Shown here piece by piece: positions 18,891 through 30,600 of a DNA stretch of 64,000 nucleotides. The translations under genes were made by a program, and so were the position numbers. This stretch comes from Bacteroidota bacterium (GTDB lineage: Bacteria; Bacteroidota; Bacteroidia; Chitinophagales; Chitinophagaceae), in contig JAFDXF010000019.1 of NCBI GenBank assembly GCA_018268055.1, positions 8,580-72,579 on the forward strand. Direction: 5' to 3'. A model generated the notes under the pieces. That model saw nothing but the letters and a program-made list of their open reading frames with translations. It did not search any database and was not told the origin of the DNA. Position 1 is the stretch's first letter; every line of letters starts with the position of its first letter.

Positions 18891-19877
18891 TTATAAATTT
18901 ATCTTAGTTACTTGTACAATTTTTTCTGCCTGAATCATCTCCATACATTTAAAATGCCCGAGCGGACACTTGTTAAAGCCAATTTTGCTGCAAGGTCTGC
19001 ACCAGAGTTTATTCACTTGCATCACTACATCTTTCGCTGCAATAGCTCCATAATAAGGCGTCATTCCAAATGCGGGAACAGTATTGCCCCAGATAGAAAT
19101 AATTGGTTTTTTATATGCTGCGGCAATGTGCATCAAGCCGGTATCGTGTGTGATAACAAGTTTTGACTTGCGAACTAAATCTGCACTTTCATTTAGTTTA
19201 AACTTGCCACAGGCATTATATACTTTTATATTATCTACAGATGCAATTTCTTTCCCGGCCGCTTCATCTTCGGGGCCTCCGAGTAAAATAATTGGATGTT
19301 GCAACTCTGTACAAAATTCTTTCCATTTAGGAATTGGCCATTTTTTGGTGTTATGTGCTGCGCCAATCACACAGGCAATATATCCTGCATGATGTGATGC
19401 AGGAATATCATTGAGCTTTGTTTCTTCGTCTTTTGAAATAAAATAATCTAATCCCGCTCCATCATTTTTTACGCCAAAAGATTGAACGGTTTGCATATAA
19501 CGATCTACAATGTGAACTTTGGGTAATAAATTGATTTTAAAAGCTGTCAGAAAATATTTTTGAATATTGAGTTTGTAAAATGAAAATGATTTCTTCTTTA
19601 ATGCTTTTTTAATGCGCATGGATTTAACATTATGATGCAAGTCAATAATGTAATCAAATTTTTCTGATATTAATTCATGGATCATCAACTCCCAACTATG
19701 TGATAAAACGTGAATTTTATCAATATATGGGTTATGCGCCACTACAGAACGAAAATTATCTTTAACCAAAAAATGTACTTGAGCATCTTGTACCTGTTGT
19801 TTCAAACAACGGATAACCGGTGTCGTTAAAACAATATCGCCAATAGAAGAGAGCCTTATGATTAAAAATTTTGCCAA
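18891..19877 (-). CDS. Glycosyltransferase family 9 (heptosyltransferase-like LPS core enzyme)
   Basis: IRLSSIGDIVLTTP, KKWP, THDTGLMHIAAA and C-terminal CRPCSKIG..C..GHFKCM motifs. TTG start at 19877 preferred. Confidence 0.9.
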   Translation of the reverse strand: MAKFLIIRLSSIGDIVLTTPVIRCLKQQVQDAQVHFLVKDNFRSVVAHNPYIDKIHVLSHSWELMIHELISEKFDYIIDLHHNVKSMRIKKALKKKSFSFYKLNIQKYFLTAFKINLLPKVHIVDRYMQTVQSFGVKNDGAGLDYFISKDEETKLNDIPASHHAGYIACVIGAAHNTKKWPIPKWKEFCTELQHPIILLGGPEDEAAGKEIASVDNIKVYNACGKFKLNESADLVRKSKLVITHDTGLMHIAAAYKKPIISIWGNTVPAFGMTPYYGAIAAKDVVMQVNKLWCRPCSKIGFNKCPLGHFKCMEMIQAEKIVQVTKINL

Positions 19878-19895
19878 TGTATATTTCCTCAATTA

Positions 19896-21140
19896 TTATG
19901 ATTCTAAATAGTCTAAATCTTTATGATAAGTTTCTTCTGTAAAATTAAATGCAATTAATGTAACTGCCATAACGACTATTCCGGTAACAATTCCACTTTG
20001 CACTAATGACCAGCCCATATTTTTTTGAAATAAATCTTTAAACATCAAGTTGATTAATGGCAATGCTCCACGCACCATATTTGGTATGGTGGTTGCCGCT
20101 GTAGCTCTGAGGTTAGTGCCAAATTGCTCAGCGCCCATCGTTATAAATATTGCCCAAAAGCCGGTACTGAAACCAAGAAATGCGCAACATAAGTACATTC
20201 TGCCATCTGAATTATTGAATGGACTAAAAAACAAAATGAGTGATATGATGCAAAGAATATAATAAAGGAGTAATGCTTTTTTTCTACTTTTAAAATATTG
20301 ACATACGAAGCCAACGGCAATATCGCCCACAGCAATTGCCATATATGCAAACATGATAGAGCGACCGCTTTCTATTTTATTATCTCCATACAATCGGGTA
20401 GCAAATTGATCGCTCAGATTTACCAATACACCTATTACATACCATGTTGGTAAACCGATTAAAATAGCCAGTAAATATTTTTTAAAGCGTTTACGATTAT
20501 TAAAAAATGAAAAAAAATTTCCTCTTTGCACATTCAGTTGTTTTACTTGTTTAAACAAACCCGATTCTGCAACACCCAAACGAAGTAGTAACAATACAAT
20601 ACCCAATCCTCCGCCTATTTTGTAGCAGAGTCGCCAATCCTGGTCAGTAGCATGAAAAATAAAATAGGCAAGTACTGCACCGCTTAAGCCAATGCCTGCT
20701 ACAAGCGAAGTACCAATGCCACGTTTATTTTTGGGAAGTAGTTCGCTTACCAATGTGATGCCGGCGCCTAACTCGCCTGCTAATCCTAACCCTGCAGTAA
20801 ATCTTGCGAAAGCATATTCATTAACTGTAGAAACATAAGCAGTAAAAAAATTAGCAGTAGAATAAAGCAAGATAGAGCCAAAAAGAACTGAGAGCCTACC
20901 TTTTTTGTCACCCATTATTCCCCAGATAATACCACCCAACAAAAGCCCAATCATTTGCCAGTTGATGATTTTTATACTTGCAGCACCCATCGCTGCAATG
21001 TTATCCGGAACATTTAGGTCTAACAAACTTGGTTTACGAACAATAGTGAAAATGAGTAAGTCATAAATGTCAACAAAATAACCAAGTGCGGCAACGATTA
21101 CAACAATATTAAAAACGGATGCCGGTTTTTGTTGGTTCAT
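19896..21140 (-). CDS. MFS transporter
   Basis: About 12 hydrophobic segments; GIMGDKKGR motif A; GLAGELG; EQFGTNLRAT. Confidence 0.9.
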   Translation of the reverse strand: MNQQKPASVFNIVVIVAALGYFVDIYDLLIFTIVRKPSLLDLNVPDNIAAMGAASIKIINWQMIGLLLGGIIWGIMGDKKGRLSVLFGSILLYSTANFFTAYVSTVNEYAFARFTAGLGLAGELGAGITLVSELLPKNKRGIGTSLVAGIGLSGAVLAYFIFHATDQDWRLCYKIGGGLGIVLLLLRLGVAESGLFKQVKQLNVQRGNFFSFFNNRKRFKKYLLAILIGLPTWYVIGVLVNLSDQFATRLYGDNKIESGRSIMFAYMAIAVGDIAVGFVCQYFKSRKKALLLYYILCIISLILFFSPFNNSDGRMYLCCAFLGFSTGFWAIFITMGAEQFGTNLRATAATTIPNMVRGALPLINLMFKDLFQKNMGWSLVQSGIVTGIVVMAVTLIAFNFTEETYHKDLDYLES

Positions 21141-21145
21141 AAAGT

Positions 21146-21901
21146 TTAAGCATTGTTATTTGTATCAGATGCGTTCTTTTTTTTCTTCCCCCCTGATATC
21201 ATCTTGATGATTACCGGTGCAGTAGTTACCAATACAATTCCAAGTACAATTATTTCAAGATGATTTTTTAAATCAAAACCAAATTGATTGAAAATCCATC
21301 GTTGCAAAAAGAAGCCTCCCAATACCATAACAGCCACCCAAAGAATACAACCGATTACATTAAAGAAATGAAACTTCTTTTTATCCATCTGCACAATGCC
21401 GGCAACAATAGGTGCAAAAGTGCGAATGAAAGGAAGAAATCTTGCTGCTACTACTGCTACACCACCATGCTTCTCATAAAAATCGTGTGCTTGATGCAGG
21501 TATCTTTTCTTGAACAAAAAACGATCTCGCCAGTTGTACATCGCAGGCCCCACTTTTCTGCCGGTCCAATAACCAACCATATTTCCTAATACACCTGCAG
21601 CAGTAATTAACCCCACCAGAACAAATAAATCAATCCAATAGGAATAGGGATATTGAATGCCGAATAATTTTAAAAACTGATATCCTAAACCGGCTTTTAC
21701 CTCACCGGTACTTGTAGTTATTTCATGTGCAAAAATTCCCGAAACAAACAAGAGCGAGTCGCCGGGAAGAAAGAAGCCAACAAACAATCCTGTTTCCGCA
21801 AATACTACAAACAGTAAAAGCCATAGTCCACCATGCTCTACATACCATTGTGGTTGTAATAAATCCGTCCACTTAAAAATATCTAATAAAAATAAATCCA
21901 T
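21146..21901 (-). CDS. DedA/VTT family membrane protein
   Basis: FAETGLFVGFFLPGDSLLF and ARFLPFIRTFAPIVAG motifs. Confidence 0.92.
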   Translation of the reverse strand: MDLFLLDIFKWTDLLQPQWYVEHGGLWLLLFVVFAETGLFVGFFLPGDSLLFVSGIFAHEITTSTGEVKAGLGYQFLKLFGIQYPYSYWIDLFVLVGLITAAGVLGNMVGYWTGRKVGPAMYNWRDRFLFKKRYLHQAHDFYEKHGGVAVVAARFLPFIRTFAPIVAGIVQMDKKKFHFFNVIGCILWVAVMVLGGFFLQRWIFNQFGFDLKNHLEIIVLGIVLVTTAPVIIKMISGGKKKKNASDTNNNA

Positions 21902-21920
21902 TGCTTAATAATTAAAAAAT

Positions 21921-23228
21921 TTAATGATGTGTGTGATGATGTTCTGCTTTGTAATTTGATTCATGTTCTAATGCTCCTTCCCACTTACTTACTGCCGCAG
22001 TAGCTAATGCATTACCCAATACATTGGTCATTGTTCTACCCATATCGCAAAAAACATCTACTGCTAAAATCAGCCCAACACCCTCTGCAGGAAGATTGAA
22101 CATGGCGCCGGTTGCCAATATAACAACCAATGAAGCTCGTGGTACACCTGCAATACCTTTACTAGTGACTAAGAATACCAAAAGCATTATAATTTGTTGG
22201 CCAATATCACCGGTGAGAGAAGTAATACCATAGGCTTGCGCAATAAACATACTGGCAAAAGTCATATACATCATACTGCCATCCAGATTGAAGGAATAAC
22301 CTAAAGGCAAAACAAAAGAAACGATTTTGTCTTTGCAACCGAAGCGTTCCATTTCTTCTACCAATTTGGGATAGACAGCTTCACTGCTTGCAGTACTGAA
22401 AGCAATTGACATCGGTGATGCAATTCTTCTCAACAATACTTTTATTCTCTTTTTCAAAAACAAATAACCTACGAAAATTAATAGCAACCAAAGAACGACT
22501 AAACCTAAGTAAAACGAGCCTACATATTTTCCAAAGGAACTAATAATGCCCAACCCGTTTTTGGAGATAGCTGCCGCCATTGAACCAAATACACCAAGCG
22601 GCGCCAAGTACATAACATAAGTAACCATTTTTAGCACTACATGAGCCAGTGAGTCAAGTGCATTGATGATGTTTTCTCCTTTTTTGCCGATTGCCGTTAA
22701 AGCGATACCAAAGAAAACAGAGAAAACAACTAATTGTAAAATCTCATTAGTAGCCATTGCTTCAATCACACTACGTGGTACTAAATGCTCAACGAATTTT
22801 GCCAATGAAAACCCTTTTGATTTATCTACCAGATCATTTACTGCAGCCATATCCACTTTGCCTATATCTGCTCCTTGACCGGGTTGTGTAATATGCACCA
22901 ATAATAAACCTAATGCTAAAGAAATAAGAGAGGCAGAAACAAACCAAAGCATCGCTTTGCCACCCACTCTTCCTACCGTTTTAAGATCGCCCAATTTGGC
23001 AATACCTACCACGAGTGTAGAAAAAACAATTGGCGCTATAATCATTTGTACCAACCTCAAAAATATTGTAGTCAACAAGTTGATATTTGTCGCAAATGTT
23101 TTTCTTACTTCCGGTGGATAGTTCTCATGTACTATATACCCGACAAGGATACCTATAATCATACTGATGACAATCCATAATGTCAGCCGATTGTTCTTTG
23201 TTGGTTTTTGAGCAATTTCCATTTGCAT
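21921..23228 (-). CDS. Dicarboxylate/amino acid:cation symporter (DAACS, GltP-like)
   Basis: FSTASSE, LPLGYSFNLDG, TSKGIAGVPRAS and DMGRTMTNVLGN motifs. Confidence 0.93.
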   Translation of the reverse strand: MQMEIAQKPTKNNRLTLWIVISMIIGILVGYIVHENYPPEVRKTFATNINLLTTIFLRLVQMIIAPIVFSTLVVGIAKLGDLKTVGRVGGKAMLWFVSASLISLALGLLLVHITQPGQGADIGKVDMAAVNDLVDKSKGFSLAKFVEHLVPRSVIEAMATNEILQLVVFSVFFGIALTAIGKKGENIINALDSLAHVVLKMVTYVMYLAPLGVFGSMAAAISKNGLGIISSFGKYVGSFYLGLVVLWLLLIFVGYLFLKKRIKVLLRRIASPMSIAFSTASSEAVYPKLVEEMERFGCKDKIVSFVLPLGYSFNLDGSMMYMTFASMFIAQAYGITSLTGDIGQQIIMLLVFLVTSKGIAGVPRASLVVILATGAMFNLPAEGVGLILAVDVFCDMGRTMTNVLGNALATAAVSKWEGALEHESNYKAEHHHTHH

Positions 23229-23365
23229 AAAATTAGTGTCGCAATATAAGGCATCTGAACGAATGAAATTGTGGTAAACCCGTTTATAAATCTTTGTATA
23301 AAGAATGACCTTAATTCATTATTTTTCCTCCTCGTAATTTTTTAAAACCAAACCAATTGGCAAAT

Positions 23366-24805
23366 ATGTCAAATCAACAATCATCATTTAAGGCTTCTTT
23401 AGGTCTGTTCGATGGCACTATGATAGTTGCAGGCTCTATGATCGGCTCCGGAATTTTTATCGTCAGTGCAGACATCACTCGACACACAGGCAGTGCAGGA
23501 TGGTTAATCGCTGTATGGCTGCTAACCGGATTTATGACTTTGACAGCAGCATTAAGTTATGGTGAGCTTAGCGGAATGTTTCCAAAGGCCGGTGGCCAAT
23601 ATGTTTATTTAAAAGAAGCATACAATCCATTGGTGGGTTTTTTATACGGTTGGAGTTTCTTCGCTGTGATACAAACTGCTACCATCGCTGCCGTTGGTGT
23701 AGCTTTTTCAAAATTTTTGGCTTATCTCGTTCCTGAATTGGGTAATAGTTATTTTCTTTTTGATGCAGGAATAGTGAATGTTTATTCAGGTCAATTGGTG
23801 GCTATATTTATTATCTGCCTACTCACTTACATTAATTCAAAAGGAGTAAAAGAAGGAAAGTTTATTCAAACTCTTTTTACTACTACAAAGTTGCTTGCAT
23901 TATTTGGACTTATTGTTTTTGGATTTTTATTGGTGAAAGAAAGTTTCTGGTCGCAAAACTGGCAAACGGGTTTCACGGGAATGCAGGATTTTGGTACAAC
24001 AGATAAAGCGGGTCAGTTACAACCCACCACATGGTCGCCGATTTCAGGAAGTGTACTAATGGGCGCTATTGCAGCAGCAATGGTGGGCTCTATATTCAGT
24101 AGTGATGCATGGAACAATGTTACCTTCATCGCAGGTGAGATGAAAAATCCAAAGAGAAATATTGGTATGAGTTTATTCTTGGGCACTTTGATTGTAACTA
24201 TTATATATGTATCCGTAAATCTGATGTACTTGAATGCTTTACCTATCAACGAACTTGCATTTGCAAAAGATGACCGACCGGCTGTTGATGCTTCTCTGAA
24301 AATATTTGGCAACAGTGGTACATATATTATTGCATTACTGATTATGATATCAACATTCGGCTGCAACAATGGTTTAATCCTCGCAGGTGCTCGTGTGTAT
24401 TACACCATGGCAAAAGATGGTTTGTTTTTTAAACAGGTGGGTGAGTTGAATAAATTTTCCGTACCACAGGTTGCATTGTGGTTGCAATGTATCATTGCTT
24501 CTATTTGGAGTTTAAGCGGCAAGTACGGACAATTGTTGGATATGATTTCTTTCGTAGTTGTATTATTTTATATCCTTACCATCATAGGAATTTTTATACT
24601 TCGTAAAAAAAGACCGGATGCTGAACGGCCATATAAGGCTTTCGGATATCCGATATTGCCGATTTTATACATATTGATGGGCACTGCATTTTGCCTTTTA
24701 TTGATAATATATAAGCCACAGTTTACATGGCCGGGGCTCTTGATTGTACTCTTAGGAGTACCATTATATTATCTGGCAATTTCCGCTAATAAAAAACAAT
24801 CTTAA
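23366..24805 (+). CDS. APC family amino-acid permease (LAT-like)
   Basis: GSMIGSGIF, ELSGMFPKAGGQY, GEMKNPKRN and ARVYYTMAKDG motifs. ATG 23366 preferred over TTG 23357. Confidence 0.92.
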   Translation: MSNQQSSFKASLGLFDGTMIVAGSMIGSGIFIVSADITRHTGSAGWLIAVWLLTGFMTLTAALSYGELSGMFPKAGGQYVYLKEAYNPLVGFLYGWSFFAVIQTATIAAVGVAFSKFLAYLVPELGNSYFLFDAGIVNVYSGQLVAIFIICLLTYINSKGVKEGKFIQTLFTTTKLLALFGLIVFGFLLVKESFWSQNWQTGFTGMQDFGTTDKAGQLQPTTWSPISGSVLMGAIAAAMVGSIFSSDAWNNVTFIAGEMKNPKRNIGMSLFLGTLIVTIIYVSVNLMYLNALPINELAFAKDDRPAVDASLKIFGNSGTYIIALLIMISTFGCNNGLILAGARVYYTMAKDGLFFKQVGELNKFSVPQVALWLQCIIASIWSLSGKYGQLLDMISFVVVLFYILTIIGIFILRKKRPDAERPYKAFGYPILPILYILMGTAFCLLLIIYKPQFTWPGLLIVLLGVPLYYLAISANKKQS

Positions 24806-24848
24806 ATTTTTAACACAATACTTATCTTAGACACTTAAAAACTAACTA

Positions 24849-26501
24849 ATGAGTTTATTTGTAAGAAAACCACTGGCTACCCTGCTGAATGAAGCAAATG
24901 AAACGGGAAGCCATTCATTGAAAAGAACTTTAGGCGCAGGCGGCCTTATCGCACTTGGCATTGGTGCTATTATTGGTGCCGGTTTATTTTCTATTACCGG
25001 TATGGCGGCTGCCAATCATGCAGGGCCTGCCATTACTTTGTCATTTATAGTAGCAGCAGTAGGTTGTTTGTTCGCCGGCCTTTGCTATGCTGAATTTGCG
25101 TCTATGATTCCTGTTGCGGGTAGTGCCTATACTTATTCGTATGCCACAATGGGAGAATTTATTGCGTGGATTATCGGATGGGACTTAGTGTTAGAGTATG
25201 CAGTAGGTGCTGCCACAGTTGGAATCAGTTGGAGCCGCTATTTAGTTAAGTTTTTAGCAGGGTTTGATATTCATCTACCCGAGGCATTAACTGTTGGGCC
25301 ATGGGATGGGGGTGTTATTAATCTACCCGGAGTTTTCATTATTGTATTAATGAGTTTATTGTTGATAAAAGGAACTAAGGAAAGTGCTTTTGTTAATGGA
25401 ATCATTGTAGCACTCAAAGTGGCTGTAGTGTTGGTATTTATTTTTCTTGGATGGAAATATATCAATGACAGCAATTACAATCCTTACATTCCTGATAATA
25501 CGGGAAAGTTTGGCGATTTTGGCTTTAGTGGAATTATTCGTGCAGCAGCAATTGTATTCTTCGCTTACATTGGATTTGATGCAGTAAGTACTGCTGCGCA
25601 AGAAGCTAAGAATCCAAAAAGAGATATGCCGATTGGTATCTTAGGTTCATTATTAATATGTACTATTCTTTACCTTTTATTTGCACACGTTATGACCGGT
25701 GTCACCAGTTATACAAGCTTTGCAGGCAAAGATGGTATCGCACCAGTAGCTGTAGCCATTGAACACATGGGGCATCCTGATGCTGCCGGAGTTATTCAAC
25801 CGGATTATCCATGGCTGAATAGAGCCATCGTAGTGGCCATCTTGGCTGGCTACTCTTCAGTAATTTTAGTGATGTTGATGGGTCAAAGCCGTGTATTCTT
25901 TAGCATGAGTAAAGATGGGTTGATTCCAAAAGTGTTTTCAAAAGTTAATCCTAAAACACAAACACCTGCAAAAAGCAACCTTCTGTTTATGTTGTTCGTA
26001 AGCTTATTTGCAGCATTTATTCCTGCACGTATTGTTGGAGAAATGACCAGCATCGGTACATTATTCGCCTTCATTTTAGTATGTGCAGGTATATTAGTAA
26101 TGCGTAAAAAAATGCCGGATGCTCCACGATCCTTCAAAACACCTTTTGTGCCGGTTGTTCCTATTCTTGGCATTGGTGTTTGTTTGTTTATGATGGTATT
26201 CCTTCCATTAGATACATGGATACGTTTATTAGTATGGATGGTTATCGGTTTAGATATTTATCTGGTATATGGTGCTAAGAACAGTCATCTCGGAGATGGA
26301 AGTAATACTCGAAAAGGTATGAAAGCTGCAAGATATACCGGTATTGGTCTTTCAATTTTGTTGGCTATTGTAGGTTATCTGCACCAGCAATCTGTTGGCT
26401 TTGATGCCGATAAAACGTTGATGTACATTTCAATTGCAATAGGAGCAGCACATTTATTTATTTATGGAAGTAAATTGAATAAACCTGAGCAGGCTTCATA
26501 A
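24849..26501 (+). CDS. APC family amino-acid permease (cationic amino-acid transporter-like)
   Basis: GIGAIIGAG, YAEFASMIPVAGSAY, FAYIGFDAVST, EAKNP and SIGTLFAF motifs. Confidence 0.93.
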   Translation: MSLFVRKPLATLLNEANETGSHSLKRTLGAGGLIALGIGAIIGAGLFSITGMAAANHAGPAITLSFIVAAVGCLFAGLCYAEFASMIPVAGSAYTYSYATMGEFIAWIIGWDLVLEYAVGAATVGISWSRYLVKFLAGFDIHLPEALTVGPWDGGVINLPGVFIIVLMSLLLIKGTKESAFVNGIIVALKVAVVLVFIFLGWKYINDSNYNPYIPDNTGKFGDFGFSGIIRAAAIVFFAYIGFDAVSTAAQEAKNPKRDMPIGILGSLLICTILYLLFAHVMTGVTSYTSFAGKDGIAPVAVAIEHMGHPDAAGVIQPDYPWLNRAIVVAILAGYSSVILVMLMGQSRVFFSMSKDGLIPKVFSKVNPKTQTPAKSNLLFMLFVSLFAAFIPARIVGEMTSIGTLFAFILVCAGILVMRKKMPDAPRSFKTPFVPVVPILGIGVCLFMMVFLPLDTWIRLLVWMVIGLDIYLVYGAKNSHLGDGSNTRKGMKAARYTGIGLSILLAIVGYLHQQSVGFDADKTLMYISIAIGAAHLFIYGSKLNKPEQAS

Positions 26502-26523
26502 ATTAGGAAAATAAAATTTCTTG

Positions 26524-26557
26524 AAACCGCTTTGCTTTAATTAGTAAAGCGGTTTTT
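26524..26557 (+). terminator. Intrinsic terminator after the APC pair
   Basis: AAACCGCTTT ... AAAGCGGTTT followed by T run. Confidence 0.8.
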
Positions 26558-26624
26558 CTTTTGCTGCTCAAAGCTTACTTTTGCATCCCGATTTAAATCT
26601 CTTTATTTTAAAACTTTACTTTTT

Positions 26625-27347
26625 ATGGGTCGCATATTTGAAGTACGTAAAGCCACCATGTTTGCTCGTTGGGATAGAATGGCCAAACAGTTTACACGTA
26701 TTGGAAAAGAAATAGCTATTGCTGTAAAATCCGGCGGCCCAGATCCCACCACCAATCCAGCATTAAGACGTTGTTTTCAAAATGCCAAGGCTGTAAATAT
26801 GCCAAAGGATCGGGTAGAAGCTGCTATCAAAAGAGCACAAGGGAAAGAAATGGAGAATTATGACGAAATTCTTTATGAAGGATATGGGCCACATGGTGTT
26901 GCTATTTTAGTAGAAACAGCCACCGATAATCATGTTCGCACAGTTGCCAACGTAAAGTCGCATTTCAATAAAGGGGGCGGCGCTTTGGGCAATAGTGGAA
27001 GCGTATCTTTTCAGTTTAAAAAAATGGGTGTTTTCAAATTAAAACCCGAAGGTTTGAGTGCTGATGATTTGGAATTGGAATTAATTGATTTTGGTTTAGA
27101 AGAATTAGGCGAAGGAACAGGTGAAAATGATGAGAATATACTTATCGTACGCTGTGGCTTTACAGATTTTGGCAATATGCAAAAAGCATTGGAAGATAAA
27201 GGCATCACTCCTATTAGTGCAGAAATTGAATGGATACCAACCGTAACAGTGCCTGTAAATGATGAGCAGGCTGCCGATGTAAGTAAACTGATTGAACGCT
27301 TAGAACAAGACGAAGATGTTCAAAAAGTGTTTCATAATATGGGCTAA
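26625..27347 (+). CDS. yebC: YebC/PmpR family protein
   Basis: [34 protein letters not shown] and DVQKVFHN motifs. TACTTTTG promoter element at 26576-26583. Confidence 0.95.
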   Translation: MGRIFEVRKATMFARWDRMAKQFTRIGKEIAIAVKSGGPDPTTNPALRRCFQNAKAVNMPKDRVEAAIKRAQGKEMENYDEILYEGYGPHGVAILVETATDNHVRTVANVKSHFNKGGGALGNSGSVSFQFKKMGVFKLKPEGLSADDLELELIDFGLEELGEGTGENDENILIVRCGFTDFGNMQKALEDKGITPISAEIEWIPTVTVPVNDEQAADVSKLIERLEQDEDVQKVFHNMG

Positions 27348-27378
27348 GAACTAAATTAAATCTTTCAAATTACACTTT

Positions 27379-27394
27379 ACGCAAACGTTTGCTT
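27379..27394. promoter_or_regulatory. LacI-family-type operator upstream of susC
   Basis: ACGCAAACGTTTGC with perfect 12-bp core GCAAACGTTTGC (27381-27392), CG-centred. Confidence 0.6.
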
Positions 27395-27668
27395 TGATTC
27401 GTTTTCTTAGTGGTCATTTTCTGCAAAATAAAAAGCACTATTTCAAGATGAAAAATAGTTTTTTCAATTGCTTTTTCTCCTATTTTCACGCCCTGAAAAA
27501 AACACCTTAAAACATTATGCAGCAAACTATACTCAATAAATGTCTTGATATACTTAAAGCCACCAACCTTTAATTCATTCGTACACCATTTTTTTCTAAA
27601 CTATAAATAAAGCTTTCTTTAACTCGAAATAAAATCAGTCACCAATTTTTTAAACAAAAAAAACGCAA

Positions 27669-30600
27669 ATGAGAAAACAACTAGTTCTGTTGTCCGGCTT
27701 TTTGCTATGCAGTATTTTAATGCTTGCACAGCGAACTGTAACCGGAAAGGTAACAGACGACAAGGGCAACCCTGTTGCAAATGCATCTGTAGTAGTAAGT
27801 GGTACTACAAAAGGCGTTAGCTCCAATGCTGACGGACATTATTCAATTCAAATTCCTGCTAATGCGAAAGCATTAGTCTTTTCCAGTGTTGATATGGAAA
27901 CACAGGAAGTTTCAATTGGCAACCAAACACAGCTCAATGTAACATTAAAATCTTCCGACAAATCACTACAGGAAGTAGTAATCACAGGTTATCAAACTGT
28001 AAGGAAAAAGGATGTAACCGCTGCCATCACAAAAATTAGTGCCGCAGAAATTGATAACTTACCTATTCCCAACTTTGCACAAGCTATTCAGGGACGTGCA
28101 GCCGGCGTTATTGTTGCTGCTGCAAACGGTGTTCCCGGTGGTTCATTGAGTGTGATCATCCGTGGTGTAGGTTCTATCAATGCAGGAAGCACTCCTCTTT
28201 ATGTAGTGGATGGAGTTCAATTGAACACAGGAACCGGTTCAATAAACACTCAGAACAATCCATTGAACTTCTTGAACCCTGACGATATTGAATCTATTGA
28301 AGTATTGAAAGATGCTGCCGCTGCTTCTATCTATGGAGCAAGAGCAGGAAACGGAGTAATACTTGTAACAACGAAAAAAGGAAGAATTGGCAAACCTAAA
28401 TTCACGTTCAATACTTATTATGGTAAAACATCCACACTTGGTAAAATGGATGTATTAACTACGCAACAGTGGTTAGAGCTAAGAACAGAAGCTTTAGTAA
28501 ACGCAGGACAAACTCCTGCTGCTGCAAGAACAACTGCATTAGCCAACCTTGGTCTTCCTTCTACTACAACACAAGGAAAGATTGATAGCCTTCCAACCTA
28601 TAACTGGCAGGATGAAGCTTTCAGCAAAGGAACTATTTTGAATGCTGAACTGTCTATGCAGGGAGGTTCTCAAAACGTGAGTTACTATCTTTCAGGTTCT
28701 TATTCAAAAAATGAAGCTTTTATTGCTCCAACGAATTTTGTAAGAGGTGCACTTTTTTCTAAAACTTCTTTTAAAGTAAATTCTAATTTTACAATCGAGA
28801 ATGCATTAAGCCTGAGCACTGTTGGACAAAATGCACCTTATAGTATTGGTAATACAGGCTTTGGTAATCCTGCTTATGCATCTGCTATGATTTTACCGAT
28901 CAATCCAATTTATAATCCAGATGGAACATACTTTGGTTTGCCGGGTTCTGGTCAGGCAATGGTGGGTACATTCAATCACAATATCAAGGCGATTGGTGAG
29001 TATGTTAAATACTTTACACGTACCAATCAATTTGTTGGAAGCCTTTCTGCTTCATACAAAATAACACCGGAGTTTACTTTAAGATCTATGGTCGGCCTTG
29101 ACTACAGAAATACAATTGACCATCGCTATCAAGATCCAAGAATCAATGATGGATATGCAGTAAGTGGCCGTCTTTCTGATCAAGCAGATTTTAATACTAA
29201 CTTCCAAACAAATACGACACTTAATTTCAGTAAGGTATTTAAAACAGTGCATAGCGTAAATGCTCTTGCAGGTATTGAGTTTCGTCGCGATCAAAACCAA
29301 TGGTTTGAGGCAGATGGACAAGGATTCCCTTCTTATTTATTACAATATTTAAGTGCTGCTTCTACACCTTCAGGTGTATCCGGCCAATGGTCAGCAAGTG
29401 CTACCTTCTCACAGTTTGGGAAGCTTGGATATTCTTATATGGGTAAATATATTTTCAACTATTCTATTCGTCGTGATGGTTCAAGCCGCTTTGGTTCAAA
29501 CCATAAGTTTGGTGTTTTCCAATCTGCACAATTTGCATGGAATGCAAAAGAAGAAAGCTTTTTGAAAAGAATCAAATTCATCAATGATTTGAAACTGAGA
29601 TATTCTTTTGGCCAGGCAGGTAATGATCAAATTGGTAACGTGCTATACGCACAGTTATATGGTGCAACAAGACTTTATGGTAATGCTTCAGGAATATTCC
29701 CAAGCCAATTGGGTAATCCGGATCTTACATGGGAAAACCGTGAAGAAAGCAACGTAGGTCTTGATGTATCTGTTTGGAAAAACAGAATCTCTTTGACAGT
29801 TGATGCTTACAAAAGAATCAATAAAGATTTATTGTTGAGTAGAGCATTATATGCAACAACCGGCTTTACTTCAATTACTCAAAACTTAGGTAAAATGCAG
29901 AATACCGGTTTAGAGTTTGCATTGACTGTAAATCCATTTAGTGGAAAATTCAGATGGTCAAGTACTTTCAATATTGCATTCCAGAAAAATAAAGTAACTG
30001 AATTGTATGATGGATTGCAAGCATTACCTTCTGATGCAAGTATTCGTGTTGGTTATCCTATTGGTTCATTCTTTACTTCTGAGTGGGCTGGTGTAAACCC
30101 CGCTACAGGTAGAGGTATGTGGTATGATATCAATGGAAACCTTACGTACAACCCTAGTGCAGCAGATAGAAAAATTATCGGCAATATTTATCCTTCAAAA
30201 TTTGGCGGATGGAATAATACATTAAGTTATAAGGGCGTATCATTAGATGTTTTCTTCCAATATGAATATGGAAGATTAAGAACAGACGGACAATATGCTC
30301 AAATGATGAGAATGGCAGGAACTACCGTGAATACACTTTCTTCTGGTTACAATTCACGTTGGAGAAATCCGGGTGATATTGTACCTACACCAAGAACATT
30401 TAACGCAATGGCAGACTACAATAGTGCAGGATGGGGTAGTGGTACAAGATATATTTTCAAAACTGATTATGTCAGATTGAAGCAGCTTACATTAGGATAT
30501 GATATTCCTGCATCATTAATCAAGAAGTACAAATTAGATGGAATAAAAGTGTATGTACAGGGTATGAACTTATGGACATATTCAAAATGGCCAAGCTATG

